From Octopus vulgaris (lineage: Eukaryota), in assembly GCA_951406725.2 (NCBI GenBank), contig OX597817.1, forward strand, positions 92,256,001-92,320,000: 64,000 nt of DNA. Reading direction: 5' to 3'. Every line of letters starts with the position of its first letter. The stretch's first letter is position 1. The notes beneath the pieces are model-generated. The model worked only from the letters and a program-made list of their open reading frames with translations. It was not told the DNA's origin and searched no databases. This document shows, in pieces, positions 55,858 to 64,000 of this stretch. Made by a program: the position numbers and the translations under genes.

Positions 55858-56300
55858 ATGGAAGAAATACAACCTATTTCGGATTGATCACCGACAAAGA
55901 CAGTGAATTTAGGATAACACCACCAAACGAAATAAAAAATTAAATTAAAGAAAAGACTATTGTCTATAAAGTATACAATGTAGAGAACAAGAAAAGATTT
56001 GAACACCTGGAGGAAAGCACCATCGAAAAGTGTCTTGGTGCGACTATGAAAGATATCAAGTATCTAACCAAAGGCGGTAAATTAGCCACAATAGAAGCAA
56101 GGTTCGAGTCAACGGAGCATGCAAGGGAGTACTCGACTTGCAAATTGGAAATATTTTATTTTTACCTTTATATCTGGGACATAGGATGTCCCGGATAAAA
56201 ATTAAAAATTTCCCCCCAGAAGTAGACGAAGGCTGGATTGTAGCCACACTTCTATACAAGAGGGAGGACAAGATACAATTGAACAAAATTGCAAGAGAAG
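55858..56300 (+). pseudogene. diverged L1/Tx1-like ORF1 fragment
   Basis: YLGHRMSRIKIKNFPPEVDEGWIVATL resembles the RVLN.PPEIS..W.VVA segment of the ORF1s at 4346 and 29055. Confidence 0.45.
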
Positions 56301-56527
56301 GGCCTATAATTCCAGTCTATTATATATTTTGAGTATTGTTATCACTAGCGATATCAAGATATAACTTTGTATTTTGTATTTTATGTGTAGATGTGTATAT
56401 ATAGATGTACATGTAATATGTACACATATATACATGCACTAGAACTATGACCCGGCAACGACGGGTCATAATGCTAGTATATATATATATATGTGTATGA
56501 TATATGTATATATATGTATGTATATGA

Positions 56528-56613
<86 letters not shown>

Positions 56614-56621
56614 GTATATAT

Positions 56622-56785
56622 ATCATCATCATCATCATCATTTAGCGTCTGTTTTCCATGCTAGCATGGGTTGGACGGTTCTACTGGAGTCTGTGAAGCC
56701 AGAAGGTTTCATCAGGCCCAGTCAAATCTGGCAGTGTTTCTACGGCTGGATGCCCTTCCTAACGCCAACCACTCCGTGAGTGTAG
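56622..56785 (-). mobile_element. RTE 3' tail only
   Basis: reverse complement of 58725-58890. Confidence 0.85.
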
Positions 56786-56787
56786 GT

Positions 56788-56824
<37 letters not shown>

Positions 56825-56879
56825 GTATATATATGTATATGTATATGTATATATATGTATATGTATATGTATATATATG

Positions 56880-56912
<33 letters not shown>

Positions 56913-56917
56913 GTATA

Positions 56918-56962
<45 letters not shown>

Positions 56963-57094
56963 GTATATATATATTTATATATATATATTTGTATATATAT
57001 ATGTATATATATATATATGTATGTATATATATATATTGTATATATATGTATATATATATTTGTATATATATATGTATATATATATATATATGTA

Positions 57095-57991
57095 TACCGG
57101 ATCTCCTGTCCGTATCTGGGGCCGGCGCGTTGTCTTTGGGTTCTCCCACGCCTGTTGCCGCGGGACCACTCTTCCATCTTCCCCCTCCTCCCCCCTTCGC
57201 TGCAGTTCTTTTTCCCTTAACCCCCCCCTTTTGTACACACACGCACACATACACACACCCACTCACACACACATTTGCATATATATACACATTACACTTA
57301 CACACACTTCAAATTTACTTGCCACACACACAACTACACACGCTGGACATATATCACACGCACACACTCACACATACATACACACGCACACACACATACC
57401 TCCCTGTTTCTGATCTGCCTTTCTGACTTGCTAGGGTGCCCCCACACCACTCCTTTAATTCTACTACTGACCCCTACTAGCCATTGTCTACCATACACAC
57501 ACATGCATACACGCACACACTCACACATACATACACACGCACACACACATACCTCCCTGCTTCTGATCTGCCTTTCTGACCTGCTAGGGTACCCCCACAC
57601 CACTCCTTTAATTCTACTACTGCTTGCTACTAGCCATTGTCCACCATACACACACATACACACGCACACTCACACACACACACACAGGGTCATCTCACAA
57701 CACCTTTTTTACCATTCCCTCATTGATTCAGCTCTCCTGTTTTTAAAAAACATTTTCCTCCTTTTTTACTACTTCAGTCTTTTCAGTATGTGACCTCATG
57801 AAGACGACCTGCAATTTTTTTTCCTGTCCTCCGTCTCGGGATCTTTCTTTCTTTCTCTTATGTGTCCTGACGAAGAGCTCCGCTCGAAACATCATACCCT
57901 CCTTCCATTTTTCTGAGCGCCTAATAATAATAATACTGTAATTGTTCCAGGTGTTGTTGTTTTTTCTGTTTTCCCGTTTGGATTAACCTTA
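57095..57991 (+). mobile_element. Penelope pLTR-like element in (TA)n with a 152-bp internal duplication and minimal hammerhead-like motif
   Basis: CTGACGA-A-GAGC tcc GCTC-GAAAC-ATC at 57867-57893; end shared with 8450-8533 and 63957-64000. Confidence 0.6.
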
Positions 57992-58021
57992 TATATGTAT
58001 ATATATATATGTGTGTATATG

Positions 58022-58114
<93 letters not shown>

Positions 58115-58284
58115 GTATATGTATATATATGTATATGTATATATATGTATATGTATATATATGTATATGTATATATATGTATATGTATATATATGTATAT
58201 GTATATGTATATATATATATATGTATATGTATATATATGTATATGTATGTATATGTATGTATATGTATATGTATGTATAGGGAT

Positions 58285-58892
58285 GGAGCCAGCCTACGTA
58301 TGCATACCTTCCCTTCTTGGGACACAAAACTCTACTTGTGAAGACGTGTTGAGGCAAGTGAGGATCAGAATCGAAATCGATCAATGGAAATTGCGGATGT
58401 GCTACCAGTGCCGGTGGCATGTCGAAACTCTGCTTGTGAAGACCCATTGAGGCAAGTGAGGATCAGAATCGAAATCGATCAATGGAATCAGAATCGAAAT
58501 CGATCAATGGAAATCGATCAATGGAAATTGCAGATGTGTTACCAGTGCCGGTGGCATGTAAGAGAACCTTCCGTTTCGCGACCGTTGCCAGCACCGCCCC
58601 GTTTCGTGTTCGTTGCCAGCCTCGCCTGGCCCTCGTGCCGGTGGCACATAAAAAACACCATCCGTTCGTGGCCGTTTGCCAGCTCGGGCTGGCACCAGTG
58701 CGGGTGGCACGTAAAAAGCACCCACTACACTCACGGAGTGGTTGGCGTTAGGAAGGGCATCCAGCCGTAGAAACACTGCCAGATTTGACTGGGCCTGATG
58801 AAGCCTTCTGGCTTCACAGACCCCAGCAGAACCGTCCAACCCATGCTAGCATGGAAAACGGACGCTAAATGATGATGATGATGATGATGATG
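58285..58892 (+). mobile_element. RTE 3'-UTR-only copy, diverged subfamily
   Basis: GCATACCTTCC...CTTGTGAAGAC...GAGGCAAGTG, diverged 61-bp-like units, GGAAGGGCATCCAGC, (GAT)n. Confidence 0.85.
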
Positions 58893-59160
58893 ATATATGT
58901 ATGTATGTATATGTATATATGTATATATATGTATACGTATATATATGTATACGTATATATATGTATATGTATATGTATATATATATATGTACATATATAT
59001 ATATGTATATATCTATATATATGTGTGTATATATATGTGTGTATATATATGTGTGTATATATGTGTGTGTGTATATATATATGTGTGTGTATATATATGT
59101 ATATATGTGTGTATATATATGTGTGTGTATATATATATGTGTGTATATATATGTATGTGT

Positions 59161-59192
<32 letters not shown>

Positions 59193-59194
59193 GT

Positions 59195-59235
<41 letters not shown>

Positions 59236-59379
59236 TGTGTATATATATATGTATATATATATGTATATATATATATATGTATATATGTGTATATATATAT
59301 GTATATATATATATGTATATATATGTGTATATATATATGTATATATATATATGTATATATATGTATGTATATATGTATG

Positions 59380-59418
<39 letters not shown>

Positions 59419-59433
59419 GTATATATATGTATG

Positions 59434-59465
<32 letters not shown>

Positions 59466-59529
59466 TGTATATATATGTATGTATATATGTGTATGTATAT
59501 ATGTATATATATATATGTATATATATGTG

Positions 59530-59580
<51 letters not shown>

Positions 59581-59631
59581 GTATATATATGTATGTATAT
59601 ATATATGTATATATATGTATATATATATATG

Positions 59632-59683
<52 letters not shown>

Positions 59684-59703
59684 TGTATGTATATATATAT
59701 ATG

Positions 59704-59755
<52 letters not shown>

Positions 59756-59883
59756 TGTATGTATATATATATATGTATATATATGTATGTATATATATAT
59801 GTATGTATATATATGTTTGTATATATATATGTGTATATATATATATATATGTATGTATATATATGTTTGTATATATATATGTG

Positions 59884-59916
<33 letters not shown>

Positions 59917-59942
59917 TTGTATATATATATATATATATGTAT
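58893..59942. repeat. (TA)n/(TATG)n microsatellite
   Basis: direct reading. Confidence 0.97.
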
Positions 59943-60088
59943 AAAATAAATATAAGAGAGTGGTCACTATATGGCTCACTCTAGCACCAGTTAATCCAAA
60001 AGGTTTCAACCACAAAAATACATGCTTCCATGAAAGTCAGTACGATCGTTAGCTCACACGGACAGGGCAAATAAAAAATAACAAAATA

Positions 60089-60184
60089 CAGATTATTTTG
60101 GGACAATTGTTTCGCTATTAATGAATTAAATGTAATTTTACTTACAATAAAATCCACTTGTAGCTCTTCAGCCAAAACTATCTG
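60089..60184 (-). ncRNA. type I hammerhead, canonical core, 51-nt stem II domain
   Basis: CAGATAGTTTTGG-CTGAAGA-GCTA...TAGC-GAAAC-aatt-GTC-CCAAAATAATCTG; cleavage predicted between 60102 and 60101. Confidence 0.9.
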
Positions 60185-60622
60185 GATGAAATCCACTCAA
60201 TCACACGCCAGATTTTACCATAACGATAAATACGCGTGTGGTTCAATTGATTACATCCGACGTTATAATTCAAATGCCCCAACTAACAGCGCGCCAAACT
60301 TTCACGGAAAACAAATACAGCATTTAGAAATAAATGCAGCATAATTATAATTAATTAATAAGGGTGAGAGAATTAGATACTAATTTAATAGTATATCTAT
60401 TCTACACCAAGTGGCCTAGTGCTCCGAGAAACCTGGATTATTATAATATTTTATAATATATTATAATATTTTTACAAAATAAATATAAGAGAGTGGTCAC
60501 TATATGGCTCACTCTAGCACCAGTTAATCCAAAAGGTTTCAACCACAAAAATACATGCTTCCCATGAAAGTCAGTACGATCGTTAGCTCACACGGACAGG
60601 GCAAATAAAAAATAACAAAATA

Positions 60623-60717
60623 CAGATTATTTTGGGACATTGTTTCGCTATTAATGAATTAAATGTAATTTTACTTACAATAAAATCCACTTGTAGCTCT
60701 TCAGCCAAAACTATCTG
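60623..60717 (-). ncRNA. type I hammerhead, second unit (loop III aat)
   Basis: identical to 60089-60184 except a 1-nt deletion in loop III. Confidence 0.85.
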
Positions 60718-61043
60718 GATGAAATCCACTCAATCACACGCCAGATTTTACCATAACGATAAATACGCGTGTGGTTCAATTGATTACATCCGACGTTATA
60801 ATTCAAATGCCCCAACTAACAGCGCGCCAAACTTTCACGGAAAACAAATACAGCATTTAGAAATAAATGCAGCATAATTATAATTAATTAATAAGGGTGA
60901 GAGAATTAGATACTAATTTAATAGTATATCTATTCTACACCAAGTGGCCTAGTGCTCCGAGAAACCTGGATTATTATAATATTTTATAATATATTATAAT
61001 ATTTTTACAAAATAAATATAAGAGAGTGGTCACTATATGGCTC

Positions 61044-61079
<36 letters not shown>

Positions 61080-61138
61080 GTATGTATATATATATATGTA
61101 TGTATATATATATATGTATGTATATATTTATATATATG

Positions 61139-61175
<37 letters not shown>

Positions 61176-61186
61176 TTATATATATG

Positions 61187-61257
<71 letters not shown>

Positions 61258-61258
61258 G

Positions 61259-61301
<43 letters not shown>

Positions 61302-61424
61302 GTATATATGTATGTATATATGTATGTATATATATATGTATATATATGTATATATATATATATATGTATATATATATGTGTATATATATATATATGTGTA
61401 TATATATATATATGTGTATATATA

Positions 61425-62344
61425 TACAAGTGGGCTGAAAAGAATAGCATGCAGTTCAATGCTGAAAAGTTTCAAGCTTTATACTATCAGCATGCAAAAC
61501 TGAATGCAATACCCAAGGAATACACTGGACCCGGAGGGATTGCAATCCCAGAGGCACAATCAGTGCGTGACCTGGGTATTCACATGAGTGATGACGCGAC
61601 CTTTCATGTACATCTTGCTAAACTGACAATGAAATGCAGACGGCTGGCTGGATGGATTCTTAGAACCTTTAGAACAAGAGAACAAGAAACCATGATGGTC
61701 CTCTGGAAGACACTTGTCCTAAGCCACTTTGACTATTGCTCTTAGCTATGGTCACCATCCAGTGTCAAGTTGATCACAGAACTTGAGGCGATCCAACGAA
61801 GCTACACGTAGAAGATAGCCTCTATGCAGAATGTAAGCTACTAGGAAAGACTCAAGAGATTAAAATTATATTCCCTGGAGCGTAGGCGGGAAAGATATGC
61901 CATAATATACATCTGGAAGATCCTGGAGGGAAGTGTCCTGAACTTTGGCATCGAGAGTAACGCAAATGCCAGAACTGGGCGCCACTTCGTGGTGCCTAGG
62001 ACTCCAAACTTGCCATCAAGATGTAGGACAAGATTCTGTGATAGCCTGGGCTTCCGAGGCCCACAGCTCTTCAATATCCTCCCGAAGAACCTGAGAGACC
62101 TGCATGGGGTGGATACAGATGTCTTTAAAATGGAGCTGGATCTCTTCCTGTCAGATGTCCCAGATGAACCAACTTCACGGCAGGAGGGGCAGATGAAGGC
62201 AGCTGCATCGAACTCTCTCATACACCAAATAGCAGTTGCTAGAAAGCCTCCATGAAGTGAAACCAAGTAGCAACACCAAATGGCGGTGCCCCAGCATGGC
62301 CACAGCTCATAAGCTGAAACTAGAATCAATCAATCAATCAATCA
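61425..62344 (+). mobile_element. CR1-group LINE 3' fragment D with (ATCA)n tail
   Basis: [16 protein letters not shown]...[10 protein letters not shown]...VPDEP; tail GGCGGTGCCCCAGCATGGCCACAGCTCATAAGCTGAAAC. Confidence 0.88.
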
Positions 62345-63956
<1,612 letters not shown>

Positions 63957-64000
63957 GGTTAATCCAAACGGGAAAACAGACAAAAACAACAACACGTGGA
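63957..64000 (-). repeat. terminus of the 8450/57906 pLTR-like family, running off the window
   Basis: GGTTAATCCAAACGGGAAAACAG is the reverse complement of the family end. Confidence 0.85.

Larger units (their letters stand above)
59943..61044 (-). mobile_element. retrozyme-like tandem array: two 533-bp units plus a 36-bp partial, one hammerhead per unit, in (TA)n
   Basis: units start at 59943, 60476 and 61009; only two 1-bp indels seen between units. Confidence 0.9.

Overview
AT-rich eukaryotic (animal) genomic DNA made almost entirely of transposable elements and (TA)n/(TATG)n microsatellites. The SINE families and repeat landscape resemble octopus/cephalopod DNA (inference). No host protein-coding gene can be supported, and most long ORFs are microsatellite read-through. 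Elements present: a Tc1 (DD36E spacing), a full-length decayed mariner, a Tigger/pogo, hAT and piggyBac MITEs, non-autonomous Helitrons, and non-LTR retroelements (RTE with a PHD finger inside its RT, HERO, Dong/R4, L1/Tx1, CR1-group, Penelope), plus tRNA-derived SINEs. The main signal is about ten type I hammerhead ribozyme motifs between 33 and 61 kb. They lie in several non-coding repeat families that sit in (TA)n tracts as head-to-tail multimers or inverted partial copies (retrozyme / Penelope pseudo-LTR-like). Four loci share an unusual architecture: a 46-55 nt stem II domain plus a tiny palindromic stem III. Stem I covaries between diverged family members, and the 533-bp family ends about 159 nt from the cleavage site at both loci. 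A SINE and a CR1-group LINE share a covarying 3' hairpin tail. There is one assembly gap of about 100 N near 39745-39843.
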